Shown: positions 9,117 to 19,774, numbered from the stretch's first letter. The stretch: DNA of 59,830 nucleotides from Solirubrobacterales bacterium (GCA_035267205.1 DATFLZ010000176.1:1-59830); one strand, 5' to 3'. The notes: generated from the letters alone by a model not told the origin. Made by a program: numbers and translations.

Positions 9117-10324
9117 AGGTCGGTTGCCTCCTCGGCGTCGTTGTGTCCCCTCTCAAGCGGCTGTGCGTTGTCCGATCCGCCGGCCGCCGACTCGCGCACC
9201 AGATGCACGTGCTCGGGCGCCCAGGCGAGCCGCACGGAGGCCCCGCCCCCAGGGAGCTTCTGACGCTCCGCCTCGTCGGCGTTCGGGACCAGCACCGTCA
9301 TTCCGACGTCGCCCGGGAGGCGGACGACGATCTGCGTCGAGGTGCCGAGGTAGACGGAGCTGTCGACGACTCCCTCGACGCTGGGCCGGTCGGGAGCGGC
9401 CGCGTAGGCGTCGTGGATCTCCAGCTTCTCCGGGCGGACCACCGCGTGGCAGCGCTCGCCGGCGGCGAACCCCTTGCCCTCGGCCTCGATCTTCACCCCG
9501 GAGTCGAGCTCGACTCCGCAGCGGCTGCCGTTCGCCGAGCTGACCGTGCCGGGCATCAGGTTGGAGACCCCGATGAAGCCGGCGACGAATGTCGTCGCGG
9601 GCCGTTCGTAGACCTCCTCGGGATCGGCGATCTGCTCGATGATGCCCTCGTTCATGACCGCGATCCGGTCGGACATCGTCAGCGCTTCCTCCTGGTCGTG
9701 CGTGACGTAGACGAAGGTGATGCCGACCTCGCGCTGGATCCGCTTGAGCTCGATCTGGAGCCCCTTCCGGAGCTTCAGGTCCAGGGCGCCGAGCGGCTCG
9801 TCGAGCAGCAGGACCTTGGGCAGGTTGACGACGGCGCGCGCCAGCGCGACGCGCTGCTGCTGGCCGCCCGACAGCTGGTTCGGCTTGCGGTTCGCCTCAC
9901 CCCAGAGCCCGACCCGCTCGAGCTCGGCCTGCACGCGCTGCTCGATCTCGGCGCCGCCCACTCCCTTGCGCTTGAGCCCGTAGCCGACGTTTTCCTTGAC
10001 TGAGAGGTGCGGGAACAGCGCGTAGCTCTGAAAGACCGTGTTCGTCGGGCGCTTGTGGGGCGGCAGGCCCGAGACGTCCTCGCCGTCGATCTTGATCGTG
10101 CCCTCGTTCGGCTCCTCGAACCCGGCGATCATGCGCAGCGTGGTGGTCTTGCCACAGCCGCTCGGGCCCAGCATCGTGAAGAACTCCCCCTGCGCGATGT
10201 CGAGGTCGACGCCCTTGACCGCGGTGAAGTCGCCGAAGCGCTTCACGATCGAGCGCGCCGAGACGCTCGGGATCTCCTGGCCGTTGCCGGCGGGTGCCGC
10301 GGGGGCGGCGCTCTCAGTGCTCAA
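9113..10324 (-). CDS. Polyamine ABC transporter ATP-binding protein (PotA-like)
   Basis: Walker A GPSGCGKTT, signature LSGGQQQRVALARA, Walker B LLLDEP, and a C-terminal TOBE-like domain. I prefer the TTG start at 10324, preceded by AGGAGGAG, over the ATG at 10438, whose extra 38 aa are R/P-rich. Confidence 0.85.
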   Translation of the reverse strand: MSTESAAPAAPAGNGQEIPSVSARSIVKRFGDFTAVKGVDLDIAQGEFFTMLGPSGCGKTTTLRMIAGFEEPNEGTIKIDGEDVSGLPPHKRPTNTVFQSYALFPHLSVKENVGYGLKRKGVGGAEIEQRVQAELERVGLWGEANRKPNQLSGGQQQRVALARAVVNLPKVLLLDEPLGALDLKLRKGLQIELKRIQREVGITFVYVTHDQEEALTMSDRIAVMNEGIIEQIADPEEVYERPATTFVAGFIGVSNLMPGTVSSANGSRCGVELDSGVKIEAEGKGFAAGERCHAVVRPEKLEIHDAYAAAPDRPSVEGVVDSSVYLGTSTQIVVRLPGDVGMTVLVPNADEAERQKLPGGGASVRLAWAPEHVHLVRESAAGGSDNAQPLERGHNDAEEATDL

Positions 10325-10575
10325 CTCGCTCCTCCTAGTCCGCCGGCCATGTGGACCGCGCGGCGTCCTCTCTGGCGGAACTATGTCCGATCGGGCGGAA
10401 GTTGCAATCCGCGAAAACCCCAAACTCCCAGCGCCCACTTATACAATGCGCATAAGAGACTATTCCCAACTTGAACGTTATTCCAGTTGTGCGCTCCAAG
10501 ATCACGCTCTACCGTTGTGCAAACCGTCGAGCTTGACTCGGCCATCGGAGACTGGAATCTAGGAGAGGACGTGTC
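10325..10575. promoter_or_regulatory. Divergent control region between the ABC operon and the aminotransferase-PucR operon
   Basis: 251-nt gap containing the most AT-rich stretch in the neighbourhood (about 10436-10490). GTTGTGC occurs twice (about 10486 and 10513). Candidate promoter TTGTGC-17-TACCGT for the plus-strand operon. SD AGGAGAGG lies before the ATG at 10576. Confidence 0.4.
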
Positions 10576-11973
10576 ATGGCGACAGCGAGCGCAAAGCCGG
10601 CCGCAACCCAGGGCCAGAGCGATCTTCAGGAGATCGGCCGCCGCCACCTGTGGATGCACTTCTCGCGGATGGGCTCCTATGACTCCGGCCACGAGATCCC
10701 GATCATCGCCCGCGGGGAGGGCCCCTACGTATACGACGAGCACGGCAACCGCTACCTGGACGGGCTCAGCGCTCTCTTCTGCTGCAACGCCGGCCACGGC
10801 CGGGGCTCCTACGGGGATGTCGCGGCTGCCCAGGTCCGCGAGCTCGACTTCTATACCAACTGGAGCTACGCGCACCCAAGGGCCATCGAGCTCGCGCAGC
10901 GGGTCGCCGAGCTCGCCCCCGGGGACCTGAACCGAGTCTTCTTCGTCAACTCCGGCTCGGAGGCCGTCGAGTCCGCGATCAAGGTCGCGCGCAACTGGCA
11001 TCGCGCCCACGGCCGTGGGCAGCGGCACAAGGTGATCGCACGCGAGGTCGCCTACCACGGGACGACGATGGGGGCCCTGGCGGCGACCGGCCTGACCGAC
11101 CTGAAGGTGCCGTTCGAGCCCGAGATGCCCGGCGGCTGCCACGCGCCGAACACCAACTCCTACCACTGGCCCGACGGCCGCGATCCGCTCTGGGCCGCCG
11201 AGAAGATTCGCGAGCGGATCGAGTTCGAGGGTCCGGACACGGTCGCCGCCGTCATCCTCGAGCCGCTCCAGAACGCCGGCGGCTGTATCCCGCCGCAAGA
11301 GGGCTACTTCCAGCGGGTCCGGGAGATCTGCGACGAGTTCGGCGTGCTGCTGATCAGCGATGAGGTGATCTGCTCGTGGGGCCGTCTCGGCCACTACTTC
11401 GGCTGCGACCGCTACGGCTACCAGCCGGACATCATCACCACGGCGAAGGCGCTCACCGGGGCCTACATCCCGATGGGCGCGACGATCGTCTCCGACGAGG
11501 TGTTCGAGCCGTTCGGCACCGGGCACGCCAGCTTCACGCACGGCTCGACCTTCGGCGGGCACCCCGTCGCGGCCGCGGTCGCGTTGCACAACCTCGACGT
11601 CTTCGAGGAGGAGGACCTCTGCGGCCACGTTCGCGCGAAGGAGGGCGAGTTCCGCGGGATGCTCGAGGAGCTGCGCGACATCCCGATCGTCGGTGATGTG
11701 CGCGGCGCGGGATTCTTCCACGCGATCGAGCTGGTCAAGGACAGGGAGACGAAGGAGTCATTCGACGACGACGAGTCCGAGTGGCTGCTCCGCGACTTCC
11801 TCTCCGGCGAGCTCTACAAGCGCGGCCTGATCTGCCGTGCCGACGATCGGGGTGACCCCGTGATTCAGCTCGCGCCGCCGCTCATCTGCGACACCGAGCA
11901 GTTCGAGGAGATCGTCGGGGTCCTGAGGCCGGTGCTCGAGGAGGCAAATCAGATCCTCGAGGGCCGGAGCTGA
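10576..11973 (+). CDS. Class-III (omega) aminotransferase; putrescine/beta-alanine:pyruvate transaminase-like
   Basis: 465 aa with PLP fold-type I class-III motifs (VNSGSEAVESAIK, LISDEVICSWGRLG, TTAKALTGAY containing the PLP lysine). Confidence 0.9.
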   Translation: MATASAKPAATQGQSDLQEIGRRHLWMHFSRMGSYDSGHEIPIIARGEGPYVYDEHGNRYLDGLSALFCCNAGHGRGSYGDVAAAQVRELDFYTNWSYAHPRAIELAQRVAELAPGDLNRVFFVNSGSEAVESAIKVARNWHRAHGRGQRHKVIAREVAYHGTTMGALAATGLTDLKVPFEPEMPGGCHAPNTNSYHWPDGRDPLWAAEKIRERIEFEGPDTVAAVILEPLQNAGGCIPPQEGYFQRVREICDEFGVLLISDEVICSWGRLGHYFGCDRYGYQPDIITTAKALTGAYIPMGATIVSDEVFEPFGTGHASFTHGSTFGGHPVAAAVALHNLDVFEEEDLCGHVRAKEGEFRGMLEELRDIPIVGDVRGAGFFHAIELVKDRETKESFDDDESEWLLRDFLSGELYKRGLICRADDRGDPVIQLAPPLICDTEQFEEIVGVLRPVLEEANQILEGRS

Positions 11974-12000
11974 GGCGGGGTCAGGGGTTCGGAGGGCGGC

Positions 12001-13563
12001 ATGCTCACCGTCGAGAGCCTGCTGGACGACCTCGGGCTCGAGCCCGCGTTCGAGCTGAGCGGCCGTCAGCGCCCGATTCGCTGGGTGCACATCTCCGAGC
12101 TGGAGGATCCGACCCCGTTCCTCTCCGGTGGGGAGCTGCTGCTCACCACGGGGATCAACCTCGGCAGTGCCGCCAAGCAGCGCCGGTTCGCGAAGCTGCT
12201 CGACGGCAGCGGCGTCGCGGCCATTGGCCTCGGTACCGGCTTCGATCACGAGGGGCTGCCCACCGCGCTGCGCACCGAGTGTGAGTCGCTGGGCCTGGCC
12301 CTGTTCGAGGTCCCCTATGAGACGCCGTTCATCGCGATCACCGAGAGGGCCTTCACGACGCTGGTCAACGAGCAGTACGACGTCCTCGAGCGTGGGATCG
12401 AGGAGCACGCCAAGCTCGAGGGGCTGGTGCTCGCCGAGCGCGGGCTCGGTGCGGTCATGGAGGCGATCGCCGAGTCGGTCGGCGGCGCCGCGTTGCTGCT
12501 CGACGATCGCGGCAGGGAGCTCGCGCGCCATCCGCAGGAGCGGGGCTTCGCGCCCGACGCTGTCGAGTCGATCCGCTCCGACGTCGTGGCGCGCGCAGCG
12601 GACTCGCGCCGCTCGCTGTTCGTGCCGGACGAGGGCCCGCTGGCCGGTCGCGCGGTCGCCATCCCGGTTCCGATCGGCGGGCACGGGCCCCGGGGCCACT
12701 GGCTGATCGCCGCGCGCAAGAAGGGCACGGTGGGTGACCTCGAGCGCCTGCTCGGCCGGCAGGCGGCGATGGTCGTCGCGCTCGAGCTGATGCGCGAGCG
12801 AGCGGTCCGTGACACCGAACGGCGCCTGGCGGGCGACGTCCTGGCCGAGGCCGTGGGCGGGAACCTGGGCGCCGAGGAGCTGGCCGGCAGGCTGGCGCCA
12901 TTCGGGATCGGCGGCCCGATCGCGGTCATGCTCTTCGACGTGGAGGAGCGTGGGGGCGATGTGGAGCTGCTCACGACCGAGTTCGCCCGGGCGGGGGTTC
13001 CGGCACTGGTCGCCGTCAATACCGCCGCGGGCCGGCCGCTGCTCTGCGCAATCGTCGAGCCGGGGGAGTCCGATCCGGTGCAGCTTGCCCGTGACGCTCG
13101 CGCCGCGCTCGGCCGGGATGGGCGCGACGTGCGAGCCTCGGTAAGCCGGCCGGTGCCGCTCGAGTCGCTGCGGCGCGCCTTCCACGAGGCCCGCTGTGCG
13201 CTGGAGGCGACGGCGATGTCCAACGGCAGCGCCCCTGACGTTGCATCCCACGAAGACCTCGGCGCCTTCACACTGCTGCTCTCGGTCCAGGATGACGAGG
13301 CGCTGCGGACCTATGCAGACAATCTGCTGGCGCCGATCGAGGACGGGGAAGGGGAGTACGGGCCGGAGCTGCTGCGCTCGCTGGAGGCGTTCATCGAGCG
13401 CAACGGCCAGTGGGAGCGCGCGGCCCGCGATCTGTACTGCCACCGGCACACGCTGCGCTACCGGATCAAGCGGGTCGAGGAGCTGACCGGTCGCGATCTC
13501 GGCCAGGCCCAGGACCGGATCGAGCTGTGGCTCGCCCTGCGCGCGAGAGAGCTGGTGCGATGA
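12001..13563 (+). CDS. PucR-family transcriptional regulator
   Basis: 520 aa. PucR-type N-terminal domain (WVHISELEDPTPFLSGGELLLTTG) and C-terminal HTH (LYCHRHTLRYRIKRVEELTGRDL). Confidence 0.9.
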   Translation: MLTVESLLDDLGLEPAFELSGRQRPIRWVHISELEDPTPFLSGGELLLTTGINLGSAAKQRRFAKLLDGSGVAAIGLGTGFDHEGLPTALRTECESLGLALFEVPYETPFIAITERAFTTLVNEQYDVLERGIEEHAKLEGLVLAERGLGAVMEAIAESVGGAALLLDDRGRELARHPQERGFAPDAVESIRSDVVARAADSRRSLFVPDEGPLAGRAVAIPVPIGGHGPRGHWLIAARKKGTVGDLERLLGRQAAMVVALELMRERAVRDTERRLAGDVLAEAVGGNLGAEELAGRLAPFGIGGPIAVMLFDVEERGGDVELLTTEFARAGVPALVAVNTAAGRPLLCAIVEPGESDPVQLARDARAALGRDGRDVRASVSRPVPLESLRRAFHEARCALEATAMSNGSAPDVASHEDLGAFTLLLSVQDDEALRTYADNLLAPIEDGEGEYGPELLRSLEAFIERNGQWERAARDLYCHRHTLRYRIKRVEELTGRDLGQAQDRIELWLALRARELVR

Positions 13564-13617
13564 GGGTCGCGGCGCAGGCCGAGGAGACGCCCGCATGAGA
13601 GCCGAGGAGGTTCACGT

Positions 13618-14751
<1,134 letters not shown>

Positions 14752-14779
14752 ACACCAACCGAACGATCAGGAGAGCCAG

Positions 14780-16147
14780 ATGAGCAGCTATGCAGTCGTC
14801 AACCCCGCCACCGGCGAGAAGGTCACCGAGCACCCGGAGATCTCCGACGGAGACCTGAGGGATGCGATCGAGAAGGCCTGGGACGCACACGTCGAATGGA
14901 CCTCGAGGCCGGTCTCCGAGCGCGCCGCGATGATCAAGCGCGTCGGCGAGCTCCACACAGAGCGGCAGGAGGCGCTCGCCGAGATCGCCGTGCGGGAGAT
15001 GGGCAAGCCGATGGAGCAGGCCGTGGGCGAGGTCGAGTTCTGCGGTGACATCTACGGCTACTACGCCGAGCGCGCCGAGAAGTTCATGGCGGACGAGCCG
15101 ATTGACCTGCTCGCGGGGGAGGGCACCGCGCTGATCAGGCGCACCGCGATGGGCCCTCTGCTCGGGATCATGCCGTGGAACTTCCCCTACTACCAGGTGG
15201 CCCGCTTCGCGGGGCCGAATCTGATCGCCGGCAACACGATCCTGCTCAAGCCGGCGCCCCAGTGTCCGGAGTCGGCAGCGGTGATGCAGGGGATCTTCGA
15301 CGAGGTCGGCGTGCCCGCCGGCGCCTACCGGACGATCCTCGCCACCAACGACCAGATCGCGGAGATCGTGATCCCCGATGCGCGGGTACGGGGCGTATCC
15401 GTCACCGGCTCCGAGCGCGCCGGCTCGGCCGTCGCCGAGGTCGCCGGCCGGAACCTGAAGAAGGTCGTCCTCGAGCTTGGCGGCTCGGACCCGTTCATCC
15501 TGTTCGCGACCGCGAACCTGGACGAGGCGGTCGAGGCCGCGGTCGACGCGCGGCTCGACAACACCGGCCAGTCCTGCAACGCGGCCAAGCGGTTCGTCGT
15601 CGCCGACGACGTCTACGACGAGTTCCTGGCGAAGTTCTCGGCGCGGATGAAGGCCGCCGAGCCCGGTGACCCGACGGAGGACCCGGCGATCGGACCCCTG
15701 TCGTCCTCCACGGCGGCCGAGCGGCTCGCCGATCAGCTCGATCGCGCCAAGGCGCAGGGCGCCGAGGTCGTCGTCGAGGGCGAGCGCCGGGAGAACTTCT
15801 TCGGCACCACGGTGCTGGCGGGGATCACTCCGGACAACGACGCGTACCGCGAGGAGTTCTTCGGCCCGGTGGCCAGCGTCTACAGGGTCGGCTCCGAGGA
15901 GGAGGCGATCGCGCTCGCGAACGACACGCCGTACGGGCTCGGCTCGTACGTGTTCACCGGGGACTCCGAGCAGGCCGAGCGGGTCGCCAACAGCCTCGAC
16001 ACGGGGATGGTGTTCATCAACGGCGTCGGCCTCGACGGCGCGGAGCTCCCCTTCGGCGGCGTCAAGCGCTCCGGCTTCGGCCGCGAGCTCGGTCCGTACG
16101 GAATGGACGAATTCGTCAACAGGAAGCTGATCCGCGCGGTCAAGTAG
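14780..16147 (+). CDS. gabD: NAD(P)-dependent succinate-semialdehyde dehydrogenase (ALDH family)
   Basis: 455 aa with ALDH motifs (LELGGSDPF, GQSCNAAKRF). The length and N-terminus are typical of actinobacterial SSADH. The symbol is tentative. Confidence 0.85.
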   Translation: MSSYAVVNPATGEKVTEHPEISDGDLRDAIEKAWDAHVEWTSRPVSERAAMIKRVGELHTERQEALAEIAVREMGKPMEQAVGEVEFCGDIYGYYAERAEKFMADEPIDLLAGEGTALIRRTAMGPLLGIMPWNFPYYQVARFAGPNLIAGNTILLKPAPQCPESAAVMQGIFDEVGVPAGAYRTILATNDQIAEIVIPDARVRGVSVTGSERAGSAVAEVAGRNLKKVVLELGGSDPFILFATANLDEAVEAAVDARLDNTGQSCNAAKRFVVADDVYDEFLAKFSARMKAAEPGDPTEDPAIGPLSSSTAAERLADQLDRAKAQGAEVVVEGERRENFFGTTVLAGITPDNDAYREEFFGPVASVYRVGSEEEAIALANDTPYGLGSYVFTGDSEQAERVANSLDTGMVFINGVGLDGAELPFGGVKRSGFGRELGPYGMDEFVNRKLIRAVK

Positions 16148-16190
16148 TCCGCGGGCCGGCGACGGCGCCGGGGCCTGCGATGCTGTCCCG

Positions 16191-17027
16191 GTGACCGTCC
16201 CGAGGCCCAGCGGGTTCACTGACCGCGCGCCGGCGGTCGTGTCCGCGGTGCTCGCGAGTGGGCTGATCGCGGCCTGCGGCGGGGCGTCGGGCGGGGAGAC
16301 GAGCGAGCATCCGCGCGAGTCGCGGGTCGAGCCGCTCACCGCCCGGCCGCTCGCGATCGCCGATCCCGCCTGCACCGCCGCCCAGCGCCGGCAGGAGCGG
16401 GAGCGCCGCGAGGTCGGCGGGGACCAGCTCACGCTCGACGATCGTGCCCGCCTATTGGTCGATCTCGCGCCCCACCGTGCCGAGCTCGCGGAGACGCTCG
16501 CCCAGATCGAACCGCCGGCCGGAGCCGGGACCGAGCTTGCCGAACTGGTCCGCGCCGCCCGCGCTCGGGCCGGCGCGAGCACCCGGGCGGGGAGGCTCTG
16601 GCAGCGCGGCGGGGACCAGGAGGCGATCGCGGCCGCTGCGGCGCGGGAGCATGACGAGCGTCTGCTGTTCGTCGACGCGGCGAAGACGCTGGATCTGCGC
16701 GCGTGCGCGGAGCGGCTCTCGCCGTCCGAGCGCGCCGCGATCGGCGCAACCCTGGATCGCGCGCTGACCTCGGGCGAGGCCGCGCGGCGCTGCCGCGAGT
16801 ACGGCGAGCGGTACCTGGCGCAGGAGTTCGCGGGCGGCGTGAGCGACTGTGCGACTGCCGTGACGACACCGCTGGAGGCCGAGCGGGTGAGGGTCCGGGA
16901 GCTCCAGGGAATGGACGAGGTGTTCGCCGTCGCCCAGATCGACGTGGAGGGTGGAGGGGCTCCCGGCCGATACCGCGCGCGGATCACCTTCGAGGACGGG
17001 GCCTACCGGATCGACAAGCTCGACTGA
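16191..17027 (+). CDS. Hypothetical lipoprotein
   Basis: 278 aa, GTG start, signal peptide with lipobox LIAAC. I recognise no family. Confidence 0.55.
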   Translation: MTVPRPSGFTDRAPAVVSAVLASGLIAACGGASGGETSEHPRESRVEPLTARPLAIADPACTAAQRRQERERREVGGDQLTLDDRARLLVDLAPHRAELAETLAQIEPPAGAGTELAELVRAARARAGASTRAGRLWQRGGDQEAIAAAAAREHDERLLFVDAAKTLDLRACAERLSPSERAAIGATLDRALTSGEAARRCREYGERYLAQEFAGGVSDCATAVTTPLEAERVRVRELQGMDEVFAVAQIDVEGGGAPGRYRARITFEDGAYRIDKLD

Positions 17028-17052
17028 GCCGGTGGGCGCCGAGGGCTGTGGC

Positions 17053-17364
17053 TCAGCCGAGCGCCCGGAGCCCGGCGGTGACCGCCGCTGCGACCACGAT
17101 CGCGGTCAGGAGCGCGTTCCGCCGCCACAGCAGGACCACGCCGGCCGCGAGAACCCCCGCCAGGGCCGCGCTGACGACGATCCTCCCGTCGCCGCCGAGG
17201 AGCTCGACGACGATCAAGGCGGTGAGCACCGCGGGGCCGAGCATGTCGATCACGCCCGCCAGTTGTGGCGGGAGCGGCCGGCCGCGGACGAGGAGCGGGC
17301 CCGACGCGCGCACGAGAACGGTGGTCAGCGCGAGGGCCAGGATCGTGATCCACCCGGCGCTCAT
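17053..17364 (-). CDS. azlD: Branched-chain amino acid transport protein AzlD
   Basis: The last 103 codons of a spurious 481-aa ORF. MSAGWITILALALTTVLVRASGPLL is typical of AzlD. ATGA overlap with azlC. Confidence 0.8.
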   Translation of the reverse strand: MSAGWITILALALTTVLVRASGPLLVRGRPLPPQLAGVIDMLGPAVLTALIVVELLGGDGRIVVSAALAGVLAAGVVLLWRRNALLTAIVVAAAVTAGLRALG

Positions 17365-18110
17365 CCCGGCTCCCGGATTGCGGCGGCTGGCGCCTCCACC
17401 TCGTCGAGGCGCCCGTCCGTGGGTCGCTCCGGCCGCCGCCGCTCGAACCCGATCAGCGCGGCGATGCAGGCGGCGATGATCGGGACTCCCGGGGGCGCGA
17501 CCGGGATCAGCGCGAGCGCGATCAAGCCGGCAGCCCCGGCGGCGAGCGTGGCCTTGAGCGTCCGGCCGGCATCGGTGCCCATGAGCAGGGCCAGGAAGAA
17601 CGCCGGGAAGACGGCGTCGAGGCCGATCGCCTCGGGGTCGCCGAGCAGCTCGCCGGCGAACGCCCCAGCGGCGGTCCCCGAGATCCAGCCGATGTACATC
17701 GGGACGGTCAGCCCGACCATGTAGCGGACGTCGAAGCTGCCGCCGCCGCGCATCGCCGCCGCCCAGGAGTAGTCCACCATCGCCTGTGCCTTGATCGCCT
17801 GCAGCCCGAGCCCGCCTCGCAGCGAGGGAGCCAGCGCGACGCCCATCGGCACGTACCTCAGGTTCAGCAGGATTCCGGCGGCGATGGCTGCCAGTGGCCC
17901 GCCCCCCGCCGCCAGCACCGCGACCGACCCGAACTGGGCGGAGCCGGCGAAGACGATCGCCGACATCACTATCGCTCCCGCCGTCCCGAGCACGGGCCGC
18001 GCCAGCACGCCAAAGGACACGGCGACGGCGACGCCGGCGATCGCCACGGGCACGCCATCGCGCAGGCCCCTGCGAAACGAAGGGTGATCGGTGAGCGCGC
18101 GGAGCCGCAT
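17361..18110 (-). CDS. azlC: AzlC-family branched-chain amino acid permease component
   Basis: 249 aa, polytopic, with an AzlC-like N-terminus (FRRGLRDGVPVAIAGVAVAVSFGVLA). Confidence 0.85.
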   Translation of the reverse strand: MRLRALTDHPSFRRGLRDGVPVAIAGVAVAVSFGVLARPVLGTAGAIVMSAIVFAGSAQFGSVAVLAAGGGPLAAIAAGILLNLRYVPMGVALAPSLRGGLGLQAIKAQAMVDYSWAAAMRGGGSFDVRYMVGLTVPMYIGWISGTAAGAFAGELLGDPEAIGLDAVFPAFFLALLMGTDAGRTLKATLAAGAAGLIALALIPVAPPGVPIIAACIAALIGFERRRPERPTDGRLDEVEAPAAAIREPG

Positions 18111-18197
18111 CGTCGGGATTCTGCCTGCTCGCGAAGCGCGGATCGAGTAGGGCGATGCGCCGTTGTCCTATAGGTGCGGGCGTTCCCCGCCCAGAGA

Positions 18198-18764
18198 CTA
18201 GAAGCGCTTGCTGAAGTGGCGGGCCTTGAAGCCGCGCTTGGAGCGCTTCTCCTTGCGCCAGCGGGGCCCCTTGCCGCCCGAGCCGGAGGTGTCGAAGCGC
18301 AGTCCGGCGACCACGACGAAGGTGTGGCCGCTGTTCGCGTAGACGCTGATCCACTTGCCCTTGCCGCGCTTGCGCCACGACATCAATCCGGTCGAGTCGA
18401 GCGGGCTCTTCAGCATCTTCGCGCCCTTGAGCACGTAGCTGACGGCGCCCGAGCAGTCGTAGCCGCGGTCCTTGAAGCTGCTGTGGCCGCCACCCCACTT
18501 GTAGGGCTTCTTCCGAATCCGGTTGCCGGCCTTGATCGCCTTGACGACGCGCCTGGGGGCGTTCGAGGGCGGGACGGCCTTGCCGTTCTTCTTGAGCTTG
18601 GCCTTGCCGGGCTTGCCGGATGTGCCGTCCATCGTGACGCCTCCCGTGCCTGCCGAGGCTGGGGCAGCGGTGAGCACGAACGCGAAGGCCATGATCGCGG
18701 CGACCACCAGCGCGACTGTGATCGCGACGATCGGGTCGAGGGACTGAAGTCTCTTGCGAAGCAT
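18198..18764 (-). CDS. Secreted NlpC/P60 (C40) peptidoglycan endopeptidase
   Basis: 188 aa with a signal peptide. YKWGGGH...GYDCSGAVSYV carries the catalytic Cys, and a downstream His is present (NSGHTFVV). Confidence 0.85.
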   Translation of the reverse strand: MLRKRLQSLDPIVAITVALVVAAIMAFAFVLTAAPASAGTGGVTMDGTSGKPGKAKLKKNGKAVPPSNAPRRVVKAIKAGNRIRKKPYKWGGGHSSFKDRGYDCSGAVSYVLKGAKMLKSPLDSTGLMSWRKRGKGKWISVYANSGHTFVVVAGLRFDTSGSGGKGPRWRKEKRSKRGFKARHFSKRF

Positions 18765-18777
18765 GTTCTGATCTCTC

Positions 18778-18895
18778 GGCGCCTACGGGGTTAGCTGACG
18801 GGCTGGCGCTGTGCGCGCCCCCACTGCTCTGAGCGGGTTAGCCCCAATTGGTTGGGTCCCCCGATCCCCGCTCGCAGGCGGGGACTCGGCGTGTG
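18778..18895 (-). promoter_or_regulatory. ydaO/yuaA-type cyclic-di-AMP riboswitch in the 5' leader of the NlpC/P60 gene
   Basis: The minus-strand leader reads CGCCGAGUC..GCGAGCGGGG..GGGGGACCCA..UGGGGCUAACCC..CCCGUCAGCUAACCCCGUAGGCG. This matches the conserved blocks I recall for the ydaO motif (GAGCGGGGGACCCA, GGGGUGAAUCC, CCGACAGCUAACCUCGUAAGCG). It ends about 14 nt before the ATG. Confidence 0.8.
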
Positions 18896-18903
18896 CTGTC
18901 GGC

Positions 18904-18932
18904 ACCCTAACGGATTGCAAACACTTTTGCAA
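18904..18932 (-). promoter_or_regulatory. Candidate promoter for the riboswitch/NlpC-P60 transcript
   Basis: On the minus strand, TTGCAA (18932-18927), a 17-nt spacer, then TAGGGT (18909-18904). The predicted TSS is about 18897, immediately 5' of the riboswitch. Confidence 0.55.
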
Positions 18933-19010
18933 GCGGATGCTCACAAAGGGTGTGGGTGGCGCGCCACGGCAGCCGAGCGGCGCGGCGCTCGCGCCGGTAG
19001 CTTCCCCCGC

Positions 19011-19772
19011 ATGAAACTGAACGGAAAGACCACCCTGCTCACCGGCGCGACCGGCGGCCTCGGCCGCGCAATCGGCGCCGAGCTGGCGTCCGCCGGCACA
19101 ACCCTGATTCTCAGCGCCCGCAGCCGGGAGCAGCTCGACCAGCTCGCCGGTGAGCTCCCGGGCGGCCCACATCGGGTCGTGCCCGCGGACCTTTCGACCG
19201 AGGGCGCGGCGGAGTCGCTGGCCGAGGAGGCGGGCGAGTTCGACGTCCTGATCGCGAACGCCGGCGTTGGCGGCGGTGAGGCGATTGAGGAGAACTCGGC
19301 CGAGGCGATCAAGCGCGTCAGCCGGGTCAACCTCGAGGTGCCGATGCTGCTCGCCGCCGCCGCGCGGAACGGCATGCTCGAACGCGGCGACGGGCACATG
19401 GTCTTCATCTCGTCGCTGGCGGGCAAAGCGATCCCGGTCGGTTCGGCGCTCTACGCGGCCACCAAGGCGGGTCTGCGCGCGTTCGCGCTCGGCCTGCGCG
19501 CGGATCTGCACGAGAGCGGGGTCGGCGTCTCCTCGGTCAACCCCGGCTTCGTCCGCGAGGCGGGGATGTTCCACGACTCGGGTGGCAGGCCCCCGGCCAA
19601 AATGGGGACGGCGAGCCCCGAGGACGTGGCACGCGCTGTGCGTGAGGCGATCGAGAACGACCGCGCGGACGTTGACGTCGCGCCGATCCAGCAGAAGGCG
19701 TTCGTCAACTTCGCCTACCACTTTCACGGGCTCGGCAAGCGGATCGAGCGCGCCCTCAGCGGGGGGCGCTAG
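19011..19772 (+). CDS. SDR-family oxidoreductase
   Basis: Start MKLNGKTTLLTGATGGLGRAIG at 19011, inside the longer ORF 18852... Contains TGxxxGxG and the YAATK catalytic motif. Confidence 0.85.
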   Translation: MKLNGKTTLLTGATGGLGRAIGAELASAGTTLILSARSREQLDQLAGELPGGPHRVVPADLSTEGAAESLAEEAGEFDVLIANAGVGGGEAIEENSAEAIKRVSRVNLEVPMLLAAAARNGMLERGDGHMVFISSLAGKAIPVGSALYAATKAGLRAFALGLRADLHESGVGVSSVNPGFVREAGMFHDSGGRPPAKMGTASPEDVARAVREAIENDRADVDVAPIQQKAFVNFAYHFHGLGKRIERALSGGR

Positions 19773-19774
19773 CC

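Noticed and set aside
10390-10410. Sigma-54-like GG...TTGCA element (GGGCGGAAGTTGCA) in the polyamine control region
   Set aside because: The GG-to-GC spacing is 8-9 nt instead of the required 10. Sigma-54 is not expected in this lineage, and no enhancer-binding protein is present (PucR is not an EBP).
17053-18498. 481-aa minus-strand ORF spanning azlD and azlC
   Set aside because: Only its last 103 codons (AzlD) look real. The upstream part is out of frame with the clear AzlC gene and is Arg/Gly-rich.
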